Assembly (NCBI GenBank): GCA_035620555.1
Contig: DASPGQ010000226.1
Span: forward strand, 1-61,605
DNA from: Vicinamibacteria bacterium
GTDB taxonomy: Bacteria; Acidobacteriota; Vicinamibacteria; Marinacidobacterales; SMYC01
Direction: 5' to 3'
Length of the DNA stretch: 61,605 nucleotides
Part shown: one piece after another, positions 19,381 to 27,588 of the stretch
How positions within the stretch are numbered: position 1 is the stretch's first letter
How the letters are laid out: every line of letters starts with the position of its first letter
The notes under the pieces: model-generated
The model's database searches: none
The model's input: only the letters and a program-made list of their open reading frames with translations
Told to the model about the DNA's origin: nothing
Position numbers and translations under genes: made by a program

Positions 19381-20616
19381 CTATTCGGTCTCGTGGAAGT
19401 GGATGGCGCCGAACGTCACCACGGAGCCGGCGTCGATGTTCCACTGCTCGTAGTGGCGTAGCGAGCCCTCGAGTCCGAGCACCGGCGCCACGGCGTGGAG
19501 AAACGCGTAGAGCGGCGAATAACCGCACCAGTTCAGCTCGTCACCCCCGCGGCTCACGAGATCGAAAAAGCCCTCGGCGTCGCCATCGCATACCATCGCG
19601 AGCCTCTCTCGATCTCTGTCGGCGACTTCGACCATCTCGCCCTCACCGGCACGCGCCGGCATCGGCCCCCCGTAGCGGCGACCGACGTGCGCCATGTCCA
19701 CTCCGAGGACCCAGAAGAGATTCGGGTTCTCCTCCGCCAGCTCGGAGAGGGCGTCGAAGCAACGGCGGTTCGAGTCGAGCGTCTCGGGCCGTTTTCCCGT
19801 TACCAAACTGTCTGCGAAGGCACCGACGAGGATGGGGACGATGCGAAACGGTCGCCGCAGCCGGTGCTGCAGAAAAACGACTTGAAACTCGATGGAGTGC
19901 TCCGGGACGTGGCTATAGTCTTCATCGATGACGGCGTCACCGCCGCGCTCGAGGAGGCGTTCGACGAGCTCGATCGCAACCGGGACTTCCCCGAGGGGAG
20001 AGCGAAAAGGCTTGCGCGTCACCCCGATATGCTCCGGCTCACCGTAGTGCGACGTGCCCAGGACGACGATGTCGAGCTCGCTTCCATCGCGAGCCCCGTC
20101 GAGCTGATAGGCAGCGCGGTAGGACGCTCTTCCTCCGCCCGGCGAGACGTGAGGTGCGGCAATCGCGCGGGGGGTGGGACCGCCCGCTTCGGGACTTCCG
20201 TCAGCGAGGAAAGCATCGATGAAGGTCTCGAGCTCGGCTCTCTCCCCCGGATAAGCGGTTCCGGCGTGGGACGGGACTCGGACCGGCGACGCGCGAAACG
20301 CCTCGTGACGGCGTCTCTTCATCGCCCCGAGCCCCTCGGTCTCGAGAAATCCCGCCGTCTCCAAGGTGTCGACGAACTCGCGCACGTCTTCGCTCGCCAC
20401 GAGCCGGCCACCCTGAAACCGGGTCAACGCGGCCTGGGCATCGAGCTCGGTGTGAAAGCCGTCGAGAAACAACAACAAGCGATCCCAAGGAGGCGCGATG
20501 ACGAGCATGGTCTCGGTATAGCCCATCGGATCCCGAATGAGAACACCGGGCGCATCCGGCAGGGGCGAGGGCATGACGTCGAGGTCGGGTCGAAGCCTGG
20601 GAAGAAGCTCGCTCAA
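19381..20616 (-). CDS. Memo-like protein (AmmeMemoRadiSam system protein B family) with an N-terminal extension of about 130 aa
   Basis: Memo motifs: IAAPHVSPGGG, VVLGTSHYG, EHSIEFQVVFLQ, VLGVDMAHVG, NWCGYSPL. The first 24 codons of track ORF 19381..20688 have low GC3 and overlap a tRNA promoter. I prefer TTG 20616 (GAGGG 4 nt upstream); ATG 20574 is an alternative. Confidence 0.75.
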   Translation of the reverse strand: MSELLPRLRPDLDVMPSPLPDAPGVLIRDPMGYTETMLVIAPPWDRLLLFLDGFHTELDAQAALTRFQGGRLVASEDVREFVDTLETAGFLETEGLGAMKRRRHEAFRASPVRVPSHAGTAYPGERAELETFIDAFLADGSPEAGGPTPRAIAAPHVSPGGGRASYRAAYQLDGARDGSELDIVVLGTSHYGEPEHIGVTRKPFRSPLGEVPVAIELVERLLERGGDAVIDEDYSHVPEHSIEFQVVFLQHRLRRPFRIVPILVGAFADSLVTGKRPETLDSNRRCFDALSELAEENPNLFWVLGVDMAHVGRRYGGPMPARAGEGEMVEVADRDRERLAMVCDGDAEGFFDLVSRGGDELNWCGYSPLYAFLHAVAPVLGLEGSLRHYEQWNIDAGSVVTFGAIHFHETE

Positions 20617-20666
20617 ACCGCCCTCAGTTTGGCGAGCTCGAGCGAGTACGTGAATCGATCGACGCT

Positions 20667-20696
20667 TTGACGCATGAAGATTCAACATTGTAGTAT
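20667..20696 (+). promoter_or_regulatory. Candidate sigma-70 promoter for tRNA-Ser(GCU)
   Basis: TTGACG (20667-20672), an 18-nt spacer, then TAGTAT (20691-20696). The tRNA starts at 20724. Confidence 0.45.
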
Positions 20697-20723
20697 GAAC
20701 GAGCCCTCACCCCACCCCGAAAC

Positions 20724-20818
20724 GGAGAGGTGCTGGAGTGGCTGAACAGGGCTGCCTGCTAAGCAGTTACACGGGTGTTGAGCCTGTGTCGAGGGTTCGA
20801 ATCCCTCCCTCTCCGCCA
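20724..20818 (+). tRNA. tRNA-Ser (anticodon GCU), CCA encoded
   Basis: Hand-folded. Acceptor GGAGAGG/CCTCTCC, anticodon loop CTGCTAA, long variable arm, T-arm GAGGG-TTCGAAT-CCCTC. Confidence 0.9.
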
Positions 20819-20850
20819 CCCGACGCCAGTTCTCGATTGGTTGCCCCTTT

Positions 20851-20879
20851 TTGACAAACCAGCGTCGGACAAGTACTCT
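20851..20879 (+). promoter_or_regulatory. Candidate sigma-70 promoter for tRNA-Gln
   Basis: Perfect TTGACA (20851-20856), a 17-nt spacer, then TACTCT (20874-20879). The tRNA starts at 20901. Confidence 0.4.
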
Positions 20880-20900
20880 GACCTTGCCTTGCGAGCCCGC

Positions 20901-20974
20901 TGGGAAGTCGTCCAACGGTAGGACACGCGGCTCTGGACCGTGGAATCGGGGTTCGAATCCCTGCTTCCCAGCCA
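20901..20974 (+). tRNA. tRNA-Gln (anticodon CUG), CCA encoded
   Basis: Hand-folded, 74 nt. Acceptor TGGGAAG/CTTCCCA, D-arm GTCC/GGAC, anticodon loop CTCTGGA, T-arm CGGGG-TTCGAAT-CCCTG. Confidence 0.88.
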
Positions 20975-20988
20975 ATCGCTCCCGCCGC

Positions 20989-22347
20989 TCACCGACCGGT
21001 CGCGATTCTGAGAGCGCATTCTCGGGCGCTTGCGATCGAGTCGGGAATGCCCACGCCGTCGAGTCCGTTCGCCAGAACGTAAAGACCGGGCCGAGCGGCC
21101 AGCTCTCGATCCCGCGACGACAGGATGGCGCCATGGCCGATCTGGATCTGCGGGGTCCGCAGATCCCACCGGACGACGTGCGAGAACAGAGGATCCCCGA
21201 TTCGACCGATTGCCTGCCTCAGCTCGCCGAGAGAGAGCTCGGCAATCTCGGAGTCTTCGAGCCTCAGGACATCGGGATCCCGAGTGCCCCCGAGAAAAGT
21301 TCTCAACAGCACGTGATCTTTCGCGGCACGGTGGGGGAACTTCGTGGTGACGAAGGTGGCGGCGAGCAAGCGGTTCTCCTCACCGGAAGGGACGACGAAT
21401 CCATAACCGTCGAGTGGATGATCGACGTCGGCCTTTCGAAAACCGTGAAAGACGACCGCCGTCGAAGCCAATGGGATGCGGGCGAGGGATCGGGACAACC
21501 CCGTCGAGACGACTTCGACCAGCCGAGCCGCCGCGGATAGAGGGAGCGCAAGCAGCACCGTACGAGAGCGAATCGACTCACCGGACTCGAGAGCGGTCAC
21601 GAAGCCTCCCGACTCCGACCGAAGCGCGCTCACTCCAGTCCCGAGCCGAAACCCATCGGACGGCAAAGCATCGCCGAGTCGTTCCACGAGCCGGCCCATC
21701 CCGCGCTGAAGCGAGAGAAAGGTAGACCCCTCGGGCTTCGACGTCCTCAGCATCCCCCGCGTCACGCTTCCGTAGTCCTTCTCGAGGGCGACCAATCGAG
21801 GAAAGAGGAAATCCATCGAAAGCTTCTCCGGGTCCCCGCAGTGGATGCCGGCAAGCAATGGCTCGCCCACACGCTCGAGCGCCTCGCGGCCGAAGCGCCG
21901 AGAGACGAACGATGCAATGGACTCTTCGGCCTCTCCGCGCCGGGGCACGAAAGGTTCCACCAGCAGGCGAAGTTTCCCACCGAAGGAGAAGAGGCTCGAG
22001 AACAAAAGAGGGGCGATGCGGGTCGGCGCCGTGAGGCGCATGCCCTCGGGAAGAGGATGAAGCTTGCCGCGATGGAGCACGTAGACGTTCTTCTCGTCGG
22101 GGTTCGTTCCGACGAGCTCTTCGGACAGACCGAGCTCGTCGCACAGGGCCTTCGCATGCGGCTTCGATGCGAGAAAGGCGTCGGGGCCGCAGTCCATCAC
22201 GAAGTCGTCCCGGACTTTGGTGAAGATGAGCCCGCCGATCCGGTTTTCCTTCTCGACGACGAGGCAATCGACACCGCGTCTCGAAAGCTCGTAGGCCGCG
22301 GTGAGACCCGCGATGCCGCCCCCGGCGATGACGACGTCGCAGTTCAC
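20989..22347 (-). CDS. hemY: Protoporphyrinogen/coproporphyrinogen III oxidase (HemY/CgoX family, FAD-dependent)
   Basis: ORF 20989..22773 trimmed to GTG 22347, which overlaps the hemE stop (GTGA). VNCDVVIAGGGIAGLTAAYELSRRGVDCLVVEKENRIGG dinucleotide fold. C-terminal GLYVLANGLDGVGIPDSI. Confidence 0.85.
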   Translation of the reverse strand: MNCDVVIAGGGIAGLTAAYELSRRGVDCLVVEKENRIGGLIFTKVRDDFVMDCGPDAFLASKPHAKALCDELGLSEELVGTNPDEKNVYVLHRGKLHPLPEGMRLTAPTRIAPLLFSSLFSFGGKLRLLVEPFVPRRGEAEESIASFVSRRFGREALERVGEPLLAGIHCGDPEKLSMDFLFPRLVALEKDYGSVTRGMLRTSKPEGSTFLSLQRGMGRLVERLGDALPSDGFRLGTGVSALRSESGGFVTALESGESIRSRTVLLALPLSAAARLVEVVSTGLSRSLARIPLASTAVVFHGFRKADVDHPLDGYGFVVPSGEENRLLAATFVTTKFPHRAAKDHVLLRTFLGGTRDPDVLRLEDSEIAELSLGELRQAIGRIGDPLFSHVVRWDLRTPQIQIGHGAILSSRDRELAARPGLYVLANGLDGVGIPDSIASARECALRIATGR

Positions 22348-23384
22348 TCGCCCGATTCGCGGCTCGAGGCGCGATGAACGTGCTCCACGAGCAGCGATAC
22401 GTTGTCCACCGGCGTGTGAGGCAAGACGCCATGGCCCAGATTGAAAACGTGGCCCGTGCGTCCACCCGCCTGCTGCAGGATCGATTCGATTCGGGAAACG
22501 AGAATCTCGCGGGGCGCGCACAACACGGCCGGATCGAGATTGCCCTGGACCGCGGTTCGCTCGCCCACGGCCCGCCAACCACGCTCGAGGTCGATACGCC
22601 AGTCGAGACCCAGCACGTCCGCCCCGCAAGCCGCCATCTCGGAAAGCAGTCCAGCGGTGCCGGTGCCAAAGAGGATGCGGGGAACGTCGTATCTCGAAAG
22701 GGCAGCGAAGATGGATCGCACGTGCGGAAACACGAGCTCGCGATAGTCGATGGGTGCCAGAGCGCCGACCCACGAATCGAAGAGCTGTACCGCCTGGACC
22801 CCCGCCTCGATCTGAGCCTCGAGGTAGCCGGTAACGGTGGCCGCGAGCCTTTCCGCCAAACGATGCCAGGTGCTCGGCTCCTGGAACATGAGCGCCTTGG
22901 TCTTCTCGAAGCTCTTCGAGGGTCCCCCCTCGATCGCATAGGAGGCGAGCGTGAACGGAGCCCCGGCGAACCCGACGAGAGGGACTTCGAGCTCTTTCCT
23001 CAGGAGTCGAATCGCCTCCAGGGTGAAATCCAACTCTTCGCGGGGATCGAAGTCTCGGAGACGCTCGACGTCCGCCGCACCGTCGATGGGAGATTCGATC
23101 CTCGGACCTTCTCCCCGCACGAACGAGAATGGAATCCCGAGAGGCTCGAGGGGGATCAGGAGATCGGAGAACAGAATGGCGGCGTCGAGCTCGAACCTGC
23201 GAAGAGGCTGCAGCGTGACTTCGACGGCGAGCTCGGGCCGCCGACAGATCTCGAGGAGGCCGTAGCGCTCGCGGACGCTGCGGTACTCGGGGAGGTAGCG
23301 TCCCGCCTGGCGCATGAGCCAGACGGGCGTCGCGTCGACGCTTTCTCGGCGGCAGGCCCGGATGAAACGATCCGGTCTGCTCAA
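22344..23384 (-). CDS. hemE: Uroporphyrinogen decarboxylase
   Basis: ORF 22344..23630 trimmed to TTG 23384, which overlaps the upstream stop (TTGA). SRPDRFIRACRRESVDATPVWLMRQAGRYLPEYR is the canonical HemE N-terminus. Confidence 0.9.
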   Translation of the reverse strand: MSRPDRFIRACRRESVDATPVWLMRQAGRYLPEYRSVRERYGLLEICRRPELAVEVTLQPLRRFELDAAILFSDLLIPLEPLGIPFSFVRGEGPRIESPIDGAADVERLRDFDPREELDFTLEAIRLLRKELEVPLVGFAGAPFTLASYAIEGGPSKSFEKTKALMFQEPSTWHRLAERLAATVTGYLEAQIEAGVQAVQLFDSWVGALAPIDYRELVFPHVRSIFAALSRYDVPRILFGTGTAGLLSEMAACGADVLGLDWRIDLERGWRAVGERTAVQGNLDPAVLCAPREILVSRIESILQQAGGRTGHVFNLGHGVLPHTPVDNVSLLVEHVHRASSRESGE

Positions 23385-23959
23385 TGAGCAGGTTCCGTCA
23401 GACGGATCAGCTTGCCGATGATCAAAGGATAGAGAAGGCGGCAGACGTGGAACTCGGACAGGTTCGCCTCCCGTGCAACCTCCCTCAAGCTGCGTTTGCC
23501 GTCGATCTTCGACAACACCATCCATTCGCTGGTGTTGAGATTGATCTGTCTTCCCGACTGCGAGTCCTCGGGTAGGACGAATTCCGGGACGAACCGGGTA
23601 TCGGGGATGTGCTCGGCGAGAACGCTCCACTCGTCGCTGCGGCGGGCGCTCTCGATGAGAAGAACCGGGCTTCGCTCGCGAACGGTCTTCTTGTCGGCCA
23701 CCTCGTCAGGCCGAAAAATGAACCCGCCGTCGCTCCATCGCATGAGGTCGAAGAAGGCATCCTCGCCCTCGCTCACTCCCACCTCGGCATGAACGACGGT
23801 ACCCGATTCGAAGTAGATGGCCCCCGCCCGGCCCGAGTCCCCTTCGATCAGGCCGAGCTTACCCGTCCTCGCCGAGGAGCTCAGCAGCTGAACGACGTCG
23901 GAAAGAGTGAACTTTGCCAGAGAGCCCTGAAGCTCCACCGTTCGACTCGCTGATGTCAC
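23381..23959 (-). CDS. DUF4388 domain protein with a C-terminal winged-helix-like segment
   Basis: ORF 23381..24085 trimmed to GTG 23959 (GGAGA 7 nt upstream). LQGSLAKFTLSDVVQLLSSSARTGKLGL...GAIYFESGTVVHAE...GEDAFFDLMRWSDGGFIF matches the DUF4388 pattern as I recall it. Confidence 0.65.
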   Translation of the reverse strand: MTSASRTVELQGSLAKFTLSDVVQLLSSSARTGKLGLIEGDSGRAGAIYFESGTVVHAEVGVSEGEDAFFDLMRWSDGGFIFRPDEVADKKTVRERSPVLLIESARRSDEWSVLAEHIPDTRFVPEFVLPEDSQSGRQINLNTSEWMVLSKIDGKRSLREVAREANLSEFHVCRLLYPLIIGKLIRLTEPAH

Positions 23960-24083
23960 GATGAATTCTCCGTTTTTCGCCGCGAGCCTATCACAAACGA
24001 TGCCGTGGGTCGATATACCTCGGCCGCCTCGTAGACTATAATGGCGGCGATTCGGGGCCGCGCAGCCCCGGGGGAGAAGTGCC

Positions 24084-24998
24084 ATGCATCGAAGGCAATT
24101 CGCGACCTTGCTTTCTTGCGCCGTGCTCGGTTGTGCCGTTTCCGCCTCGGCTCAGATGGGGACGGGACGAGTGACGGGCTCGGTCCACGATGTGGAGGGG
24201 AAACCCATCGAAGGCGCCACCATCACCGCAACGAGCCCCGAGAGCGAGCGGACGCTCGAGGTCACATCGGACAAGGACGGAAAATGGGCTCTGCTCGGTT
24301 TCCGTTCGGGAACGTACGAGTTTACGTTCAGCGCCCCGGGGTTCAAGCCTCAGGCCTACAAACAGGCCATCAAACAGATGGGGAGGAATCCCTCGATGGA
24401 TGTCGTGATGGAGCCGCTGGGGCAGGGACAGAGCGGTGGCGCGATGGGCGGGCTGCTCGAAGAGGCAAATACCCTGTTCGAGCAGAAAGACTACGCGGGC
24501 GCGATCGCGAAGTACGAGGCGATCCTGGCGGACGAGCCCACGCTCTACCAGGTTCATTACAATATCGGAAGCGCCCGGCGGGAGATGGGACAGCTCGACG
24601 AAGCCAAGGCGTCGTACGAAAAGGTCCTGGCGCAGGACCCGATGAATACCGCCGCTCTGGTGAGCGTCGGCGACATCCTGGTACAGCAAGGCGACCTCGA
24701 CAAGGCGGTGGAGTATTTCGAGAAGGCGATCGACCAGACTCAGGACGAGATCGTGCCCTTCAACGTGGCGGAGATCTACATGAGCCAGGGCAACGCCGCC
24801 AAGGCGCTCGAGTTCTACCAGCTGTCGTCCTCGCGCAAGCCCGACTGGCCCGAAGCGCATCTCAAGATTGCCTACGCCCAGGTGAATCTTGGCGACCTCG
24901 CCGCGGCGCGGGCATCCTTCGAAAAAGTCGTCGCCATCGCACCGGACAGTCCTCAAGCGCAGGTAGCCGAGCAGATGCTCGCGTCGTTACCGCAGTAA
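24084..24998 (+). CDS. Secreted CarboxypepD_reg-like domain plus TPR protein
   Basis: Signal peptide MHRRQFATLLSCAVLGCAVSASA. GRVTGSVHDVEGKPIEGATITATS...DKDGKWALLGFRSGTYEFTFSAPGF (carboxypeptidase regulatory-like fold), followed by TPR repeats. Confidence 0.8.
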   Translation: MHRRQFATLLSCAVLGCAVSASAQMGTGRVTGSVHDVEGKPIEGATITATSPESERTLEVTSDKDGKWALLGFRSGTYEFTFSAPGFKPQAYKQAIKQMGRNPSMDVVMEPLGQGQSGGAMGGLLEEANTLFEQKDYAGAIAKYEAILADEPTLYQVHYNIGSARREMGQLDEAKASYEKVLAQDPMNTAALVSVGDILVQQGDLDKAVEYFEKAIDQTQDEIVPFNVAEIYMSQGNAAKALEFYQLSSSRKPDWPEAHLKIAYAQVNLGDLAAARASFEKVVAIAPDSPQAQVAEQMLASLPQ

Positions 24999-25111
24999 CC
25001 CAGATCTCACCCCGAGGCGAAATGATTTGGGGGCGGATGTGTCGACGAGAGGGATCGGCTAGCCGCCCCGCGCGAAATCTCGACCCGGATCGCCCCCGAC
25101 AGAGGAGGCCC

Positions 25112-25912
25112 ATGGATACCCGTCTATTCGCTCTCGTGCTGACGACCTCTCTCGCAACCGTCTCACCGGCTTCGGCGCAGAGTCCGGTGCTCGATCGCAT
25201 CCTCGAGTCGCGCGAGCTGAGGGTCGCGACCTCCGGCACCCAGCCACCGTTCAATGCCGTCAGCAGGGACCAGGAGTTGATCGGGCTCGAAGTCGACTTG
25301 GCCCGGATGCTGGCGGACGCCATGAACGTGAATCTGACCTTGACGTCCATGCCGTTTCCCGATCTCCTTCCCGCGTTGAAGGATGGAAAAGTAGACATGG
25401 TTCTGTCGGGACTGGCGATCACCCCGGCGAGAATCCGCGAGGTCGCCTTCGTGGGCCCCTACCTGCTCTCGGGAAAATCCGTTCTGACCGATGGCCGGCG
25501 GCTCACCTCGATGAAAGGACCGCGTGATCTCGACATTCCCGAACTAACGCTCGTGGCGCTCGCAGACTCGACCAGCGTCGACTACGTGAAACGCGTGGCG
25601 CCGAAAGCGAAACTCGTAACCACCCCGAACTACGAGGCCGCGGTGCAAATGATTCTGAGCGACACCGCCGATGCGATGATCGCCGACATGCCCGTCTGCA
25701 TCCTGACGGTGCTGAGGAATCCCAACAGGGATCTCGCCACTCCGTCCCGACCGTTTACGGTGGAGCCCGTCGGCATTGCCCTGCCCACGAGCGACGAGCG
25801 ATTCCGGAATCTCGTGGAGGCCTACGTCGACGCTTTCGAAAAGACCGGCGCTCTCGAAGAGCTTCGCGCGAGGTGGCTTTCGGGCGGCGAGTGGATCGCA
25901 CAGCTTCCCTGA
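25112..25912 (+). CDS. Family-3 (amino-acid type) ABC substrate-binding protein, orphan
   Basis: ORF 24041..25912 trimmed to ATG 25112 (GAGGAGG upstream). Signal peptide, then LRVATSGTQPPFNAVS...GLEVDLARMLA...DMVLSGLAITPAR. No permease or ATPase is adjacent. Confidence 0.8.
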   Translation: MDTRLFALVLTTSLATVSPASAQSPVLDRILESRELRVATSGTQPPFNAVSRDQELIGLEVDLARMLADAMNVNLTLTSMPFPDLLPALKDGKVDMVLSGLAITPARIREVAFVGPYLLSGKSVLTDGRRLTSMKGPRDLDIPELTLVALADSTSVDYVKRVAPKAKLVTTPNYEAAVQMILSDTADAMIADMPVCILTVLRNPNRDLATPSRPFTVEPVGIALPTSDERFRNLVEAYVDAFEKTGALEELRARWLSGGEWIAQLP

Positions 25913-25930
25913 GGAGGCGACGCGGAGGGC

Positions 25931-26019
25931 TTCTTGTGCTCAGTGCCGTGGCGGGACCCGTGGTCGATCGTCCGCCACGGCTCAAGCTGCTTGCGGCGCG
26001 GCCAGCGCGCCGAGCTCGC
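25931..26019. repeat. Dispersed double-hairpin intergenic repeat, copy 1
   Basis: The core 25931-25981 matches 39361-39411 at 45 of 51 positions. Hairpin 1 is GCCGTGGCGG (25945-25954) paired with CCGCCACGGC (25972-25981). Hairpin 2 is GGCGCG (25995-26000) paired with CGCGCC (26006-26011). A degenerate partial copy lies at 26072-26095; it shares GGGACCCGTGGTCG with 25953-25966. Confidence 0.8.
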
Positions 26020-26117
26020 TCCGCTCGCGCAGGGTGGGCTGAATTTTCGTCCACCCTGCTCGTGGTCGGACGGGACCCGTGGTCGTCCCCCCCGGTAGCT
26101 TTCGATCCGCCAATGAC

Positions 26118-27521
26118 ATGCCCTTCGTCGTTCTAGTCATTGGCATCGCCATCGTCATGACGGCGATCATCGCTTTCGAAGTCCACCCGTTCCTCGCCCT
26201 CGTCCTCGCGACGATGATCGTGGGCATCCTTTCGCCCAAGCCGCTCGAGCCGGGAGGCGCTGACCTGCAGGCGGTCCGAGCCGTCGAGCTCACCGCCCAG
26301 GGGTTCGGTGTCACCGCGGGGGGTATCGGCATCGTCATCGTTCTCGCCGCCATCATCGGTCAATGTCTGCTCGAGAGCGGAGCGGCCGATCGGATCGTTC
26401 GCAGCTTTCTCGAGCTTTTGGGGGACAAGCGGGCGGGGTTGGCGTTGATGGGAAGCGGCTACGTGCTGTCGATTCCGGTCTTCTTCGACACGGTCTTCTT
26501 TCTTCTCGTACCCCTGGCTCGCTCGCTCCGTTTGCGAACGGGCAGGTGCTACGCGCTCTACGTCTCCGCCATCTGTGCCGGAGCGCTGGTCACCCACTCG
26601 CTCGTGCCTCCGACACCCGGGCCGCTGTTCATGGCCGAAACGTTCGAGCTTCCGCTGGGAACCGCCATCCTCGGGGGCGCGCTACTGGGGCTCGCGCCGG
26701 CCTTCTTCGGTCTCGCAGTCTCCGGCTGGATCGACCGCCGTCTCGACGTTCCCCTTCGAGACGTCCCGGGGACGGAGAGAAAGGAGCTCGAGGCCATCGC
26801 TCGCCGGGATGCATCGGAGCTCCCCGGTCTGTTCGTTTCGCTCCTGCCAGTCGCGGTTCCCGTCGGGCTCATCTCGATCCACAGCATTCTCGAGGCTTCC
26901 CTGCGGTCGGCGGGGCGGCCCGCGCTTCAGGCGCTGCTCGATTGGAGCGGATTCTTCGGCGACAAGAACATGGCGCTTCTCGCCGGCTCGTTCATCGCGG
27001 CGTGGCTCCTGAGGCGTACCCAGTCGCTGAGCGTAAAGCAGCTGGGGCTAAGGCTCGAGCCTGCCGTTGCCAGCGCCGGTGTGATCATACTCATCACGAG
27101 TGCCGGGGGGGCGTTCGGTCAGATGCTCTCTCGCATCGGTATAGACGAGAGCTTGAGCCAGATCTCCTGGATGGGCGGAGGAAAGGGCATGCTGGTTCTC
27201 GCCTGGGCGATCGCCGCGGTAATGAAGATCGCGCAGGGCTCCGGCACCGTCGCCATGATCACCGCGTCGGCGATCGTGGCGGCGATGATCCCCGACCACA
27301 CCGCTCTGGATTTTCACGTCATCTATCTCTTCGCCGCGATCGGCTTCGGGTCGGCGGTCTTTTCCTGGATGAACGACAGTGGCTTCTGGGTGGTATCCAA
27401 GATGGGAGGTCTCACGGAACCGGAGACACTGCGAGTTTGGACCTTCGTCGTGGCTTCGGTCGGAGTGTTCGGACTCATCGAGGTGCTGGCCCTGGCGTCG
27501 CTGTTTCCTTTAGCAGGCTGA
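26118..27521 (+). CDS. GntP-family permease (gluconate/organic-acid:H+ symporter family)
   Basis: ORF trimmed to ATG 26118. Polytopic membrane protein. MPFVVLVIGIAIVMTAIIAFEVHPFLALVLATMIVGI...GYVLSIPVFFDTVFFLLVPLARSL is typical of GntP. Confidence 0.8.
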   Translation: MPFVVLVIGIAIVMTAIIAFEVHPFLALVLATMIVGILSPKPLEPGGADLQAVRAVELTAQGFGVTAGGIGIVIVLAAIIGQCLLESGAADRIVRSFLELLGDKRAGLALMGSGYVLSIPVFFDTVFFLLVPLARSLRLRTGRCYALYVSAICAGALVTHSLVPPTPGPLFMAETFELPLGTAILGGALLGLAPAFFGLAVSGWIDRRLDVPLRDVPGTERKELEAIARRDASELPGLFVSLLPVAVPVGLISIHSILEASLRSAGRPALQALLDWSGFFGDKNMALLAGSFIAAWLLRRTQSLSVKQLGLRLEPAVASAGVIILITSAGGAFGQMLSRIGIDESLSQISWMGGGKGMLVLAWAIAAVMKIAQGSGTVAMITASAIVAAMIPDHTALDFHVIYLFAAIGFGSAVFSWMNDSGFWVVSKMGGLTEPETLRVWTFVVASVGVFGLIEVLALASLFPLAG

Positions 27522-27588
27522 CGAAAGATGAAATCGAGGGGTTGCTCTTGACTCGAAGCGACGATGAGGCTAGCTTTCGGTCTTGACG

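Noticed and set aside
25873-26136. Possible short peptide gene inside the repeat element: SAVAGPVVDRPPRL versus NAVAGPVFDRPPRL in copy 2, with 3 of 4 loop differences at third-codon positions
   Set aside because: The two copies lose all similarity at the protein level right after the hairpin. I see no Shine-Dalgarno or start at a conserved position. The conserved parts are exactly the two stems. A structured DNA or RNA repeat explains the data better than a coding fragment, although a decayed gene remnant cannot be fully excluded.
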